64,000 nt of DNA from Patescibacteria group bacterium (GTDB taxonomy: Bacteria; Patescibacteriota; Patescibacteriia; UM-FILTER-42-10). The DNA lies in contig JBAYKW010000002.1 of the NCBI GenBank assembly GCA_041664365.1, positions 11,858 to 75,857 on the forward strand, written 5' to 3'. Positions 7,742 to 17,306 of the stretch are shown here, piece after piece. Position 1 is the stretch's first letter; each line of letters opens with the position of its first letter. The notes under the pieces are model-generated. The model worked only from the letters and a program-made list of their open reading frames with translations, ran no database searches and was not told where the DNA came from. A program made the position numbers and the translations under genes.

Positions 7742-8060
7742 GTGTGCTTTTCCCGTTCCAGTCACGCTGCCATTCGTGGCGCTTGTCTTCCGGAATGTCA
7801 TCCGGCGGTGTGATGATTTCCAGCTGTTCCACCGGGTGGTGCAGGAAGGTGTCGTGGCCATCCGCAATGATGTGGCAGAGATGCTTGGTGGACCCGGCAC
7901 AGCCGAGGTCAAACAGCCTGCCGTCAAGCAGACGGACCATATGACGCGTCGAACCGCATCCTTCATGATCCCAAACACCGGGATTCCTCGGAACGATCGC
8001 ATTCAGCGGACTTCCGGGTTTGATCAGAATCCCGCAGACTTTGATTTTCAACTGAGACAT
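7734..8060 (-). CDS. GC-rich small hypothetical protein (about 108 aa) with an internal duplicated GCGSTRH / GCAGSTKH motif
   Basis: GGGAGGG RBS before the ATG (MSQLKIKV...). About 60% GC inside an AT-rich context. No family assigned. Confidence 0.45.
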   Translation of the reverse strand: MSQLKIKVCGILIKPGSPLNAIVPRNPGVWDHEGCGSTRHMVRLLDGRLFDLGCAGSTKHLCHIIADGHDTFLHHPVEQLEIITPPDDIPEDKRHEWQRDWNGKSTRG

Positions 8061-8127
8061 AATTTCCCTCCCCTCAGAGCCAAGGTACAAGGTTGCCAGT
8101 CTGTAGTATATTTATAATAGATATTTT

Positions 8128-8166
8128 GTCAACCCCGTTAGAGTCAATAACTCTAACGGGGTCAAT
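8128..8166. promoter_or_regulatory. palindromic intergenic element CCCCGTTAGAG-N7-CTCTAACGGGG (copy 1 of 3), upstream of the ispH promoter
   Basis: ttgtcaaccccgttagagtcaataactctaacggggtcaa. Near-identical copies at 36366-36403 and 49710-49745. A TTGTTT-17-TATAAT promoter follows at about 8178-8206. Confidence 0.6.
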
Positions 8167-8236
8167 ATGCGGAACCTTGTTTTTATAGGCATAATTGGTT
8201 ATAATACATAATGAAATAAAGGAATTTAGATACATT

Positions 8237-9172
8237 ATGAAAGTATTTATTGCCAGGCCAAGAGGATTTTGCGCGGGTGTAGCGCGGGCAGTGGAAGTAG
8301 TGGAATTAGCCCTAGAAACATTCGGCCCACCAATTTATGTCCGGCATGCTATTGTGCACAACCAGCATGTTGTGAATGACCTCGAAAAGAAAGGGGCCAT
8401 TTTTGTTGAAACGCTTTCAGAAATTCCAAGAGGCAGTAGGCTAGTATTCAGTGCGCATGGAGTATCCCCGCAGGTTCGGGCAGGGGCAAAAAAAAGAGAG
8501 CTTGATGTTATTGACGCAACCTGTCCCTTGGTAACGAAAGTTCATCTGGAGGCGATAAGGTTTGCCAAAGAAAACTACTCAATTGTTTTGATCGGTCATA
8601 AGGGGCATGTAGAATTAATCGGGACAGCCGGTGAAGCACCCGATAATATCTATATAGTTGAAACGGAAAAAGATATAAATGAATTAATAATTCCGGATGA
8701 ATCCAAAGTTGCTGTTTTAACCCAGACAACACTGAGTGTAAATGATACGAAAGGATTACTCGATATTTTAAAGAAAAAGTATCCAAGCTTGAAAGAACCG
8801 CCAAGGCAGGATATTTGTTATGCGACTACTAACCGACAAGCAGCAGTAAAAAATATTGCTAAGTATTGCGATGTAGTATACGTGATCGGCGATCCGGAAA
8901 GTTCAAATTCGAACCGACTGCGCGAGGCAGCAGAACAAACCAATATCCCGGCCTATTTAATCCAAAGCAGTTCTGATATAAAACCTGAACAGATAAGTGG
9001 TGTTAATGCGATTGGTGTTACTGCCGGTGCATCTGCTCCGGAACATCTGATTGAAGAAGTTATCGCATATCTGAAAAGTCACGGTGCTGATGATGTACAG
9101 GAAGTGGAAGCGGTCAAAGAAAATATGAAATTTCCGCTACCCCGCGAACTAAGTTCCAAGCTTAAAAATTAA
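8237..9172 (+). CDS. ispH: 4-hydroxy-3-methylbut-2-enyl diphosphate reductase
   Basis: MKVFIARPRGFCAGVARAVEVVELALE is the canonical IspH/LytB N-terminus with the conserved Cys. 311 aa. Confidence 0.8.
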   Translation: MKVFIARPRGFCAGVARAVEVVELALETFGPPIYVRHAIVHNQHVVNDLEKKGAIFVETLSEIPRGSRLVFSAHGVSPQVRAGAKKRELDVIDATCPLVTKVHLEAIRFAKENYSIVLIGHKGHVELIGTAGEAPDNIYIVETEKDINELIIPDESKVAVLTQTTLSVNDTKGLLDILKKKYPSLKEPPRQDICYATTNRQAAVKNIAKYCDVVYVIGDPESSNSNRLREAAEQTNIPAYLIQSSSDIKPEQISGVNAIGVTAGASAPEHLIEEVIAYLKSHGADDVQEVEAVKENMKFPLPRELSSKLKN

Positions 9173-9181
9173 TATACAACC

Positions 9182-10111
9182 ATGATTTATGATTTGATAA
9201 TAATTGGCGCATCAGCTGCTGGCATATCTGCCGGTATTTATTCCGCCAGAAGAAACCTGAATTTTTTGATAATTTCCAAGGATATTGGCGGAGAAGTGGC
9301 GAGGTCCGGTGAGGTTTGGAATTATCCAGGTTATCCGCAGACAGACGGAGTAGCTTTAAGCGAAAAATTTAAGGAGCATATCCTACTAAATAATATTACA
9401 CCGGAAACAGTGGTTACGGTTAAGGGTGTCAGAAAAGAGGATGGTAAATTTTATGTTGATGCGAGCAAGAACGGTTCAGATATTACATATGAAACAAAAA
9501 GCGTGATCGTGGCAACCGGCGTGGAACCACGGCATTTGGGAATCCCCGGTGAAGAAGATTTCAGAGGCAAGGGAGTAACCTATTGCACAACCTGTGACGG
9601 TCCGTTATTTCGCAATAAGGTTGTCGCGACAATTGGCGGTGGTAATTCCGCCCTGGAATCCGCGTTGATGCTTTCTGAAATCGCAACCAAAGTTTATCTG
9701 GTGAATCGTAATGAAGCAATGTCGGGTGAAGGCGTGTTGATTGATAAAGTAATGGCTGCCAAAAATATTGAACTGATTACCAACGCGGAAACAACAGAAA
9801 TAATCGGCGAGCAAATAGTTAAAACGTTGAAATATAAAGACAGAAAAACGGATGAGGAAAAAGAATTGGCTGTCCAGGGAATATTTGTTCACATTGGGAA
9901 CATCCCGAATTCCGGCATGATTGATATTGTAGAAAAAAATAAATTCGGGGAAATAATGGTTGACCGATTGGGCAAAACAAATGTTGCCGGAATATTTGCT
10001 GCGGGAGACGTCACAGATATACCATACAAACAAATTGCCATCGCGACCGGAATGGGCGTCGTTGCCTCCCTTTCGGTTGTTGATTATTTGAATAAATTAA
10101 AAAATGATTAA
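9182..10111 (+). CDS. trxB: thioredoxin reductase-like FAD/NAD(P)-dependent disulfide oxidoreductase
   Basis: GxGxxG FAD site (IIGASAAGISAGIY), redox-active CTTCDGPLF, and a second NAD(P) site (IGGGNSALESA). Confidence 0.75.
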   Translation: MIYDLIIIGASAAGISAGIYSARRNLNFLIISKDIGGEVARSGEVWNYPGYPQTDGVALSEKFKEHILLNNITPETVVTVKGVRKEDGKFYVDASKNGSDITYETKSVIVATGVEPRHLGIPGEEDFRGKGVTYCTTCDGPLFRNKVVATIGGGNSALESALMLSEIATKVYLVNRNEAMSGEGVLIDKVMAAKNIELITNAETTEIIGEQIVKTLKYKDRKTDEEKELAVQGIFVHIGNIPNSGMIDIVEKNKFGEIMVDRLGKTNVAGIFAAGDVTDIPYKQIAIATGMGVVASLSVVDYLNKLKND

Positions 10112-10128
10112 ACATTGATCACATATCT

Positions 10129-12354
10129 ATGATAAAAAAATACACAAATATAATAATAATCGCAGTTATTGCAGTAATTGCCGGCGTGGGAATATATTGG
10201 TATTCACAATACAGTACAGAGGAAATTTATGTTGATGCTTCATTGTCTAATGATAAGCAAACAGCGCTTGCAGCAACGCTTGCTTATCAGCAGGGTGATG
10301 TTATGGCGCAAATTGATGCTGCTGAATGGGGAATTGTGGAAACGGATACAGTCTTGCATGAAGGCGATGCCGTCAAGACCGGCCTTGATAGTAAAGCGAT
10401 TATTGAACTGGAGAACGGTGATGTATTACGGTTAGGCTATTCGACAGAAATATCGCTGACTAGCCTGAATGAATCCGGTGTGCTGATAAATCAGGTTTCC
10501 GGTGCCAGTTATAACCGGGTGACAAAGAATCTCGCCCGCACATATAAGGTCCAAACAGATGATGCAACAGTAGAGGCTTTGGGTACGGCATTTAATGTTG
10601 TTAAGACACCGGAACAAATGGATGTTACAGTAGTGGAAAGTAATGTAAACGTTATTACTGATGTTAATAAACAAGCATTGGCAGAAGGTAAACGGGGATC
10701 AATTAAGAATAAAGAAATTGAAATTTCGGACATCGATCCGGAAACCCTGAAAAATGATTGGTATACCTGGAACAAGGAAGAAGATTCCAAAAATGACGAT
10801 AGTCTTGGAGTACTGGAGCCGTTTGCCGGTCCGGATGTTATAATCACAAATCCTGTTGACGTTACGACAGTAACAAATCCCGGAGTAACCATTACCGGGA
10901 CAGTATCCGATGTCAGCGCCAAAATATCAGTTAACGGAACGGAAATAGCTAACAATGATGGAGCGTTCAGTCATGCAGTAATATTAGTTGCCGGTAAAAA
11001 CATGTTTACGGTAATTGCAGAAAACAGTAGCGGGTATAAGACAGTCAAAGAAATTAAGGTAATTTATCAGGCAGCATCATCGGCAACCCCGATTAAACTG
11101 GAAGCAGCAACCGAAGACGACGGTGTTCATCTTTCTTGGAGTAAGTCGACCGGATCCACATTCCAATATTACAAAGTAGTGCGTTCGGAGAATAATGCTA
11201 ACCTGAACTTTCCTGATGACGGATATATTGCAGCTTTAGTAATCGGCGAAGAATCTTATACGGATAAAGATGTGTCAGAAAATGGAACTTATTATTACCG
11301 TGTTTGTGAGGTAATGGCCGGCGATCAGGTTTTCTGTTCTAATGTCGCTCATATGAAGGGTAAAAAGGCACAAGAGCAAGAACAGGAACAGGAGCAGGAG
11401 CAAGAACAGGAACAGAACAATGAACGGGTTGGCATATTTCTTTCCGGTGAAGCTAAAACCGGCGGAATATTCTTGGAGTGGGAAGTTGAGAATATGACCA
11501 TCTCAAACGGTTTTAAGGTGGTTAAAGGTACTTCCGCCAATCCGGTCTACCCGGGTAGTGATTATAAACTGATTACTGATAATAATCTGACCAGCTACGC
11601 TTGGGATTTAACCGATGGAAAAACATACCATTTTCGAGTATGTGAGTATGATGGTTCCGGATCGTGTCTGGTTTACAGTAATGATATCAAAGTTACTGCC
11701 ACGGGCGGTTCCGATGACGAAGAAGATTCCGAAGGTTCAGCATCTGTAATATCTGTAACAGCAGAAGAAACCGGTGTGGGCATTTGGTGGACGGATACTT
11801 CCGCAAATCCCGGATTTAAGTATTATAAAATTGTGCGATCGGAGACCAATCCAAATTTGAGATATCCAGAGGATGGCTATATTGCAGTAAAACCGGAAGA
11901 TGATACAAGTTATCGGGATTTTTCCGCGGTAAATGGCACGAGTTATTACTACCGCATCTGTACGGTAGGTGACACTACTTTCTGCAGTAATGTTATCCAG
12001 GTTACAGCAATCAATAATAATGCCGTACCTTCAGCAGTTACCCTATCGGGCAGTATTGATGAAGGTAAATTGACTTTGAGTTGGACCAAATCGAACGAAG
12101 CGGACTTTAAGTATTACAAACTGGTATGGTCCAAAACCGATTCTACTCCGCAGTATCCAACTGACGGATATATAAAGGCAATTTCCAACATTGAATCATT
12201 AAGTTATGAGGATGAAGGTGATAAATCCGGATCGCGCACCGAAGACGAGAATTTAACAGAAGGTACTCATTATTATTCAATTTGTGTAGTTGATCAGGCA
12301 GATCAGGTAAAATGTAGTAACACGGTAACACTGACTGAAGGGGAAGTGCAGTAG
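10129..12354 (+). CDS. membrane-anchored surface protein with an N-terminal TM, a FecR-like domain, about 4 FN3/Ig-like repeats and a (QE)n linker
   Basis: N-terminal TM IIIIAVIAVIAGVGIY. FecR-like segment GDAVKTGLDSKAIIELENGDVLRLGYSTE...TAFNV. Repeated YYKxVRSExNxNLxxPxDGYI...YYYRxC modules. QEQEQEQEQEQEQEQN encoded by a hexanucleotide microsatellite at about 11360-11415. Confidence 0.55.
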   Translation: MIKKYTNIIIIAVIAVIAGVGIYWYSQYSTEEIYVDASLSNDKQTALAATLAYQQGDVMAQIDAAEWGIVETDTVLHEGDAVKTGLDSKAIIELENGDVLRLGYSTEISLTSLNESGVLINQVSGASYNRVTKNLARTYKVQTDDATVEALGTAFNVVKTPEQMDVTVVESNVNVITDVNKQALAEGKRGSIKNKEIEISDIDPETLKNDWYTWNKEEDSKNDDSLGVLEPFAGPDVIITNPVDVTTVTNPGVTITGTVSDVSAKISVNGTEIANNDGAFSHAVILVAGKNMFTVIAENSSGYKTVKEIKVIYQAASSATPIKLEAATEDDGVHLSWSKSTGSTFQYYKVVRSENNANLNFPDDGYIAALVIGEESYTDKDVSENGTYYYRVCEVMAGDQVFCSNVAHMKGKKAQEQEQEQEQEQEQEQNNERVGIFLSGEAKTGGIFLEWEVENMTISNGFKVVKGTSANPVYPGSDYKLITDNNLTSYAWDLTDGKTYHFRVCEYDGSGSCLVYSNDIKVTATGGSDDEEDSEGSASVISVTAEETGVGIWWTDTSANPGFKYYKIVRSETNPNLRYPEDGYIAVKPEDDTSYRDFSAVNGTSYYYRICTVGDTTFCSNVIQVTAINNNAVPSAVTLSGSIDEGKLTLSWTKSNEADFKYYKLVWSKTDSTPQYPTDGYIKAISNIESLSYEDEGDKSGSRTEDENLTEGTHYYSICVVDQADQVKCSNTVTLTEGEVQ

Positions 12355-12375
12355 AATTTGTATTTGGAATTAATA

Positions 12376-12405
12376 TAGGCGAGAATGCGCATTCTCGCCT
12401 ATTTA
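12376..12405 (+). terminator. rho-independent terminator
   Basis: TAGGCGAGAATGCGCATTCTCGCCTA followed by TTT. Confidence 0.55.
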
Positions 12406-12439
12406 GTATTGATTTGACATCGTCCTCTATCAGTAGTAT

Positions 12440-12472
12440 GTTAAATAGTAATCATTCCTAATAAGCATTATG
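12440..12472 (+). promoter_or_regulatory. Fur-box-like site overlapping the fur start codon (possible autoregulation)
   Basis: aatagtaatcattcctaataagcattatgg. TAATAAGCATTAT matches 11 of 13 positions of the Fur-box core TGATAATCATTAT. A TTGACA...TATGTT promoter lies just upstream at about 12411-12440. Confidence 0.35.
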
Positions 12473-12994
12473 GTAAACAGCAGCAAAATAACCAGATTAA
12501 CCGCCCAGAAAAAAGCGATTTTAGGTAGTATACGCGATTTTTGGCCGATTCATCCTTCTTCGCAAATGGTATATCAAAGGGTCAAAAAAACTGTACCCAG
12601 CATCTCATTAGGGACGGTCTATCGGAATCTCAATTCACTGCGCGAAGGCGGTTATATTGAAGAAATTGTCATCCACAACGAACCCAGTCGTTACGACAGC
12701 CACGTTGACGCGCATCTGCATTTCAAATGTGATGATTGCGGAGAGTTATATGATATTGATAACCCCAGCCTGTTAAAAAGCCATACTAAGCGATTAAAAG
12801 ACCAGGGGTTTATTGTACAGCGGTCCAGTATCATGTTCCAGGGATTATGCCAGAAATGTTATAAAAAGGCAGATCAAATCAGTCAGTCAGAATGCGTGGC
12901 GCACGGCAAAATAGAACCGCATGTGCATAAAAATAATTCATCCTGTAAAATTTGCGGTTTTCAGGAAGAGTGTTCTTACCATCCGAATAAATAA
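12470..12994 (+). CDS. fur: Fur-family metalloregulator with a Cys-rich C-terminal tail
   Basis: Winged-helix core ending in the HxH...CDDCG metal-site motifs (HVDAHLHFKCDDCGELYD). An extra C-terminal CQKCYKK...CKICGFQEEC segment of about 45 aa. Confidence 0.7.
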   Translation: MVNSSKITRLTAQKKAILGSIRDFWPIHPSSQMVYQRVKKTVPSISLGTVYRNLNSLREGGYIEEIVIHNEPSRYDSHVDAHLHFKCDDCGELYDIDNPSLLKSHTKRLKDQGFIVQRSSIMFQGLCQKCYKKADQISQSECVAHGKIEPHVHKNNSSCKICGFQEECSYHPNK

Positions 12995-13063
12995 AGCCTT
13001 TTGCGTTGACGGCAGTGGCAATTTGTTATAGAATTAAAGGGAAATAATCCTTAAATAAAGTAT

Positions 13064-13309
13064 ATGGCAGAAGAAAAAAAAGCCACGCCGAAAATTGCGA
13101 GAATTGAAGTCGACCGCGATGCGTGCATCAGCGTAGCCAGTTGCGTAGATATCGCACCGGAAGTATTCGAGCTTGATGACGAGGGAAAAGCAGTGGTCAA
13201 AAATGCAAAAGGCAATCCAGATGATGTTATCTTAGAATCAGCCCAGTCCTGCCCGGTAAACGCGATCATCCTTTATGATGAAGCAGGCAATAAAATCTGG
13301 CCCGTCTAG
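13064..13309 (+). CDS. small single-cluster ferredoxin
   Basis: 81 aa. ARIEVDRDACISVASCVDIAPEVFELDDEGKAVV...SCPVNAI matches Pyrococcus/Thermotoga-type [3Fe/4Fe-4S] ferredoxins. Confidence 0.65.
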   Translation: MAEEKKATPKIARIEVDRDACISVASCVDIAPEVFELDDEGKAVVKNAKGNPDDVILESAQSCPVNAIILYDEAGNKIWPV

Positions 13310-13403
13310 CCGACGAGGCTGGTCGGAATAATTAGGTATCATCCGATTAATCATCTGATTAGAGAAGGAATTTCCTTCTTTAATCTTTTTTATCAGAAAA
13401 AAC

Positions 13404-13973
13404 ATGAAAGAAATAGTATTAGACATTGAGACACAAACCGGATTCGGCGCCGGTGGCCGCAATAATAGAGATATGAAAATTTCTCTGGTCGGTATTTACC
13501 GCTATGAGACAGATACATATGAAGCGTTTCTGGAAAATGAATTGGTCAATCTCTGGCCGATCCTGGAACATTCCACGCGAATTATTGGTTACAATCTGGA
13601 TGGTTTCGACATGCCAATTTTAAACAACTATTATCCGGGTGATATTACCAAGATACCAACACTCGATATCATGGATGTGATTTACAAAGTACTGGGTTTC
13701 CGGGTGAAGCTTGATGACGTAGCTAAAGCTACACTCGATGTGGGAAAATCCGGAACCGGCTTGCAGGCAGTTACTTTGTTTAACGAAGGAAAGATTGAAG
13801 AGCTGAAAGATTATTGTCTGCAGGATGTGCGATTAACCCGTGATATTTATGAATATGGCAAACAAAACGGAAAAATATTTTATGAAAGCAAAATGAGTAA
13901 GGGAGAAGTGAAAATAAATTTTACTCCTCCGGAAAACCAGACTCATTCTATGAACTTAACCTTACCAATCTAA
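13404..13973 (+). CDS. RNase H-like 3'-5' exonuclease domain protein (DEDD/PolB-exo-like)
   Basis: LDIETQTGFG...YNLDGFDMPIL...DYCLQDVRLTRDIYEYG carry the Exo I/II/III-like acidic motifs. Stop overlaps the sufC start (TAATG). Confidence 0.5.
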   Translation: MKEIVLDIETQTGFGAGGRNNRDMKISLVGIYRYETDTYEAFLENELVNLWPILEHSTRIIGYNLDGFDMPILNNYYPGDITKIPTLDIMDVIYKVLGFRVKLDDVAKATLDVGKSGTGLQAVTLFNEGKIEELKDYCLQDVRLTRDIYEYGKQNGKIFYESKMSKGEVKINFTPPENQTHSMNLTLPI

Positions 13974-14725
13974 TGAAAAAAATGTTTTCAATCAAAAATC
14001 TAAAAATATCCGTTGATGATAAAAAGATTGTCAAAGGGATAACCTTGAATATTCCAAAGGGGGAGATCCACGCTTTGATGGGACCGAACGGTTCCGGCAA
14101 GAGCACACTCGCGCAGGCGGCAATGGGCCATCCGCGCTACCGGATTGATGCCGGTAATATTAAAATAAACGGCAAAGAGATTTCCAAATTATCACCGGAC
14201 AAAAGAGCGCGCGCGGGGTTGTTTTTATCCTTTCAGTATCCGAGTGAAATACCGGGCGTCAGTCTCCTGAATTTTTTACGCACAGCGTACAATCAGGTAA
14301 AGCGCACGCCAAAGAATCCGATCACCTTTGCGGATTTCAAAAAGCTGGCAAAGGAAAAACTGGAACTGCTGCAAATGGATCCGGATTTCCTGACCCGCTC
14401 CATTAATGAGGGATTTTCCGGTGGTGAAAAAAAACGCGCGGAAATACTGCAATTGGCCATATTAGAGCCGGAATACGCTATTTTAGATGAGACGGATTCC
14501 GGATTGGATGTGGATGCTTTAAGGATCGTGGCGGAAGGGATTAACGTCGTGCGTAAAAATTCCAAAACAGGGTTGCTGTTGATTACCCATTATCAACGAA
14601 TCTTAGAATATATTACACCGGATGTGGTGCATATCATGGTTGACGGAAAGATTGTAAAGACCGGCGATGCTAAATTGGCAAAACAGATTGAGAAAAACGG
14701 TTACCGGGGGATAATAAAAAAATAA
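13973..14725 (+). CDS. sufC: Fe-S cluster assembly ATPase SufC
   Basis: Walker A GPNGSGKSTL, ABC signature FSGGEKKR, Walker B/D-loop ILDETDSGLD, and suf operon context. Confidence 0.85.
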   Translation: MKKMFSIKNLKISVDDKKIVKGITLNIPKGEIHALMGPNGSGKSTLAQAAMGHPRYRIDAGNIKINGKEISKLSPDKRARAGLFLSFQYPSEIPGVSLLNFLRTAYNQVKRTPKNPITFADFKKLAKEKLELLQMDPDFLTRSINEGFSGGEKKRAEILQLAILEPEYAILDETDSGLDVDALRIVAEGINVVRKNSKTGLLLITHYQRILEYITPDVVHIMVDGKIVKTGDAKLAKQIEKNGYRGIIKK

Positions 14726-15244
14726 ATGTACTTACCGACTCAAAAGCAGTGTTTTGATCTTTGGGATAAATATCAAATGCCGGAACATATTAAACGGCAT
14801 TCAGCAACGGTAACTCAGGTTGCGGATACTGTTACTCTATATCTTGAAAGTCAGGGAGTTAAAATCGATAAAATTTTAGTTAATAGAGGTGCGCTGTTAC
14901 ATGATATTGCAAAAATAATAGCTGTGAATGAAAATCGTGAACGTGAACATGCAGAGATGGGTTCGGAAATTGCGGTCAGGGAAAATCTCGGTAAGGAGAT
15001 CTCGGAAATAATTCGCAAGCACTATATGAATACATTTAATGATCAATGCACTTTGGAAGAATTAATCGTCAATTATGCCGACAAAAGAGTTGCACAGAAT
15101 AAAATTGTTTCTTTGGCGGAAAGATTTGATTACATTTGTAAAAGATATCCTCGAGCTATTCCCGACATTATCAATAATCAGCAGAAATATTTTGAATTTG
15201 AAAAAGAATATCAGATTGACCAACTGGATTTGATGGAAAAATAA
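14726..15244 (+). CDS. HD-domain phosphohydrolase (YqeK-like) embedded in the suf operon
   Basis: HD motif ALLHDIAK and further His/Asp residues ([15 protein letters not shown]). Start abuts the sufC stop (TAAATG) and the stop overlaps the sufB start (TAATG). Confidence 0.55.
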   Translation: MYLPTQKQCFDLWDKYQMPEHIKRHSATVTQVADTVTLYLESQGVKIDKILVNRGALLHDIAKIIAVNENREREHAEMGSEIAVRENLGKEISEIIRKHYMNTFNDQCTLEELIVNYADKRVAQNKIVSLAERFDYICKRYPRAIPDIINNQQKYFEFEKEYQIDQLDLMEK

Positions 15245-16653
15245 TGAAGAAAAAAGTTCAAACAAAAAAAATCGTTTCAGATAAATACAAATTCGGGTTT
15301 GCCATGCCGGAAAATTTTGTGTTCAGGACACGCAAGGGTTTGGATGAGGAAGTGGTTAAAGAAATTTCCTGGCATAAAAAGGAGCCGGCTTGGATGACGG
15401 CACTTAGACTGAAAGGTTATGAATATTTTAAGGCGCGTCCCCTACCGAAATGGGGCGGTGATCTTTCGAAACTGAATTTTGACAATATTTATTATTACAT
15501 CAAGCCGACGGAAAAACAGGCTCGCACCTGGCAGGATCTGCCGAAAGATATTAAAACCACTTATGATCGGATTGGCGTTCCGGAAGCGGAAAAAAATTTC
15601 CTGGCCGGAGTCGGAGCACAGTATGATTCTGAAGTGGTCTATCATTCTTTGCAGAAAGAGCTGAGTAAACAGGGAATTATTTTTGTCAGCATGGATCATG
15701 CATTGCGTGATTATCCTGAATTGGTAAAGAAATATTTTGGTACTATTATTCCAGTCAATGATAATAAATTTGCCGCGCTCAATACGGCAACTTGGTCCGG
15801 TGGGTCATTTATTTACGTCCCTAAGGGTGTTAAGGTTAAACTGCCGCTTCAGGCATATTTCCGAATTAACGCGGCTAATATGGGCCAGTTTGAAAGAACT
15901 TTGATTATTGCTGATGAGGGAAGCTATGTGCATTATGTCGAGGGTTGTACGGCGCCGATTTACTCCACCGATTCACTGCATTCGGCTGTTGTCGAGATCG
16001 TGGTCAAAAAAGGAGCGCGGGTCCGGTATACCACCGTGCAGAACTGGAGTAATAATGTATATAACCTGGTGACCAAAAGAATGCGGGTGGAAGAAGAAGG
16101 AATCGGCGAATGGGTGGACTGCAATTTAGGCTCAAAACTGACTATGAAATACCCCAGCTGCATTTTGGTAGGTAAAAAAGCCCGGGGCGAAATTCTTTCC
16201 ATGGCGTATGCCGGAAAAGGACAGCATCAGGATGCGGGCGGGAAAATAATTCATGCGGCACCGGAAACCTCCGGCCGGGTAATCTCCAAATCAATCAGCC
16301 AACATGGTGGGCGGACGTCTTACCGCGGACTTTTGCAAATGACACCCAGAGCAGACCGGGCTAAAGCCAAGGTCGTTTGTGATGCCTTGATATTGGATCA
16401 TGATTCTCGTTCCGATACCTATCCCGATATGAAAATCAATAACCAGAACGTCCAGGTGGAACATGAAGCAACCGTTTCTAAAATCGGTGAAGACCAGCTT
16501 TTTTATCTGATGAGCCGTGGACTAGATCTGGCATCAGCTGAGGCATTAATTATCAACGGATTCATTGAACCGATTGTAAAAGAACTGCCTTTGGAATATG
16601 CGATTGAAATGAACCGCTTAATTCAAATGCAAATGGAAGGGAGTGTCGGATAA
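15244..16653 (+). CDS. sufB: Fe-S cluster assembly protein SufB
   Basis: 469 aa. Typical SufB blocks ([39 protein letters not shown]-terminal [16 protein letters not shown]). Confidence 0.85.
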   Translation: MKKKVQTKKIVSDKYKFGFAMPENFVFRTRKGLDEEVVKEISWHKKEPAWMTALRLKGYEYFKARPLPKWGGDLSKLNFDNIYYYIKPTEKQARTWQDLPKDIKTTYDRIGVPEAEKNFLAGVGAQYDSEVVYHSLQKELSKQGIIFVSMDHALRDYPELVKKYFGTIIPVNDNKFAALNTATWSGGSFIYVPKGVKVKLPLQAYFRINAANMGQFERTLIIADEGSYVHYVEGCTAPIYSTDSLHSAVVEIVVKKGARVRYTTVQNWSNNVYNLVTKRMRVEEEGIGEWVDCNLGSKLTMKYPSCILVGKKARGEILSMAYAGKGQHQDAGGKIIHAAPETSGRVISKSISQHGGRTSYRGLLQMTPRADRAKAKVVCDALILDHDSRSDTYPDMKINNQNVQVEHEATVSKIGEDQLFYLMSRGLDLASAEALIINGFIEPIVKELPLEYAIEMNRLIQMQMEGSVG

Positions 16654-16687
16654 TGGATAATGAAAAATGTATAAATTATAATTTATA

Positions 16688-17305
16688 ATGAAAAAAGAGC
16701 GAATTATAATTGATTATCTTGGGAAGAATAAGAACGTATCCGTTTTCGTAAAAAAGGGGGAATCTTTAATTTACATTTTACTGGGCTTTAAATCCGGAGA
16801 TAAAAATATTACGATCAATCTGGAAGGTGACGGTGCGGAAGCCAGAATCTTGGGAGCGATTTTGGGTTCTAAGGGAAAAACGAATATTAATACTTTCCAG
16901 CACCATCGCGCGCCGAACACAAAAAGTGATCTGCTGATTAAAGGTGTATTTCTGAATCAGACCAGTTATCAATATGAAGGCTTGATCAAGATTGATCCGA
17001 AAGCTCAAAAATCCAACGCGTATCAGAAGAATAATAATCTGCTACTGAGTGATCAGGCGCATGTTGACACCAGTCCTAAGCTCGAGATACTGGCGGATGA
17101 CGTCCGCTGTACGCACGGAGCGACTGTTGGTAGAATAGATGAAGAGGAACTGTTCTATCTGATGAGCCGCGGAATTTCGAGAAAAGAAGCGGAAAAATTG
17201 GTAATCAGCGGATTCCTAAAAAGCATCGCTAGGGATTTGAGTGATCAAAAGACCAGGCAGAAGATTGAGATTGTTTTAGATAAGGAAATAAGAAAACTGT
17301 TATAA
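16688..17305 (+). CDS. sufD: Fe-S cluster assembly protein SufD (short form)
   Basis: C-terminal [27 protein letters not shown] is the SufB/D signature. 205 aa, shorter than typical SufD. Confidence 0.7.
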   Translation: MKKERIIIDYLGKNKNVSVFVKKGESLIYILLGFKSGDKNITINLEGDGAEARILGAILGSKGKTNINTFQHHRAPNTKSDLLIKGVFLNQTSYQYEGLIKIDPKAQKSNAYQKNNNLLLSDQAHVDTSPKLEILADDVRCTHGATVGRIDEEELFYLMSRGISRKEAEKLVISGFLKSIARDLSDQKTRQKIEIVLDKEIRKLL

Positions 17306-17306
17306 A

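Noticed and set aside
9605-10033. 142-aa minus-strand ORF inside trxB
   Set aside because: It is antisense to a confidently identified thioredoxin reductase, and its low-complexity translation comes from AT-rich antisense sequence.
11360-11415. Possible CRISPR or other non-coding repeat array (the GAACAG/GAGCAA repeat here; the NNQD repeats at 30630-30670)
   Set aside because: The units are 6 nt, in-frame and inside ORFs, making them coding microsatellites. No spacer/repeat architecture and no cas genes occur anywhere in the window.
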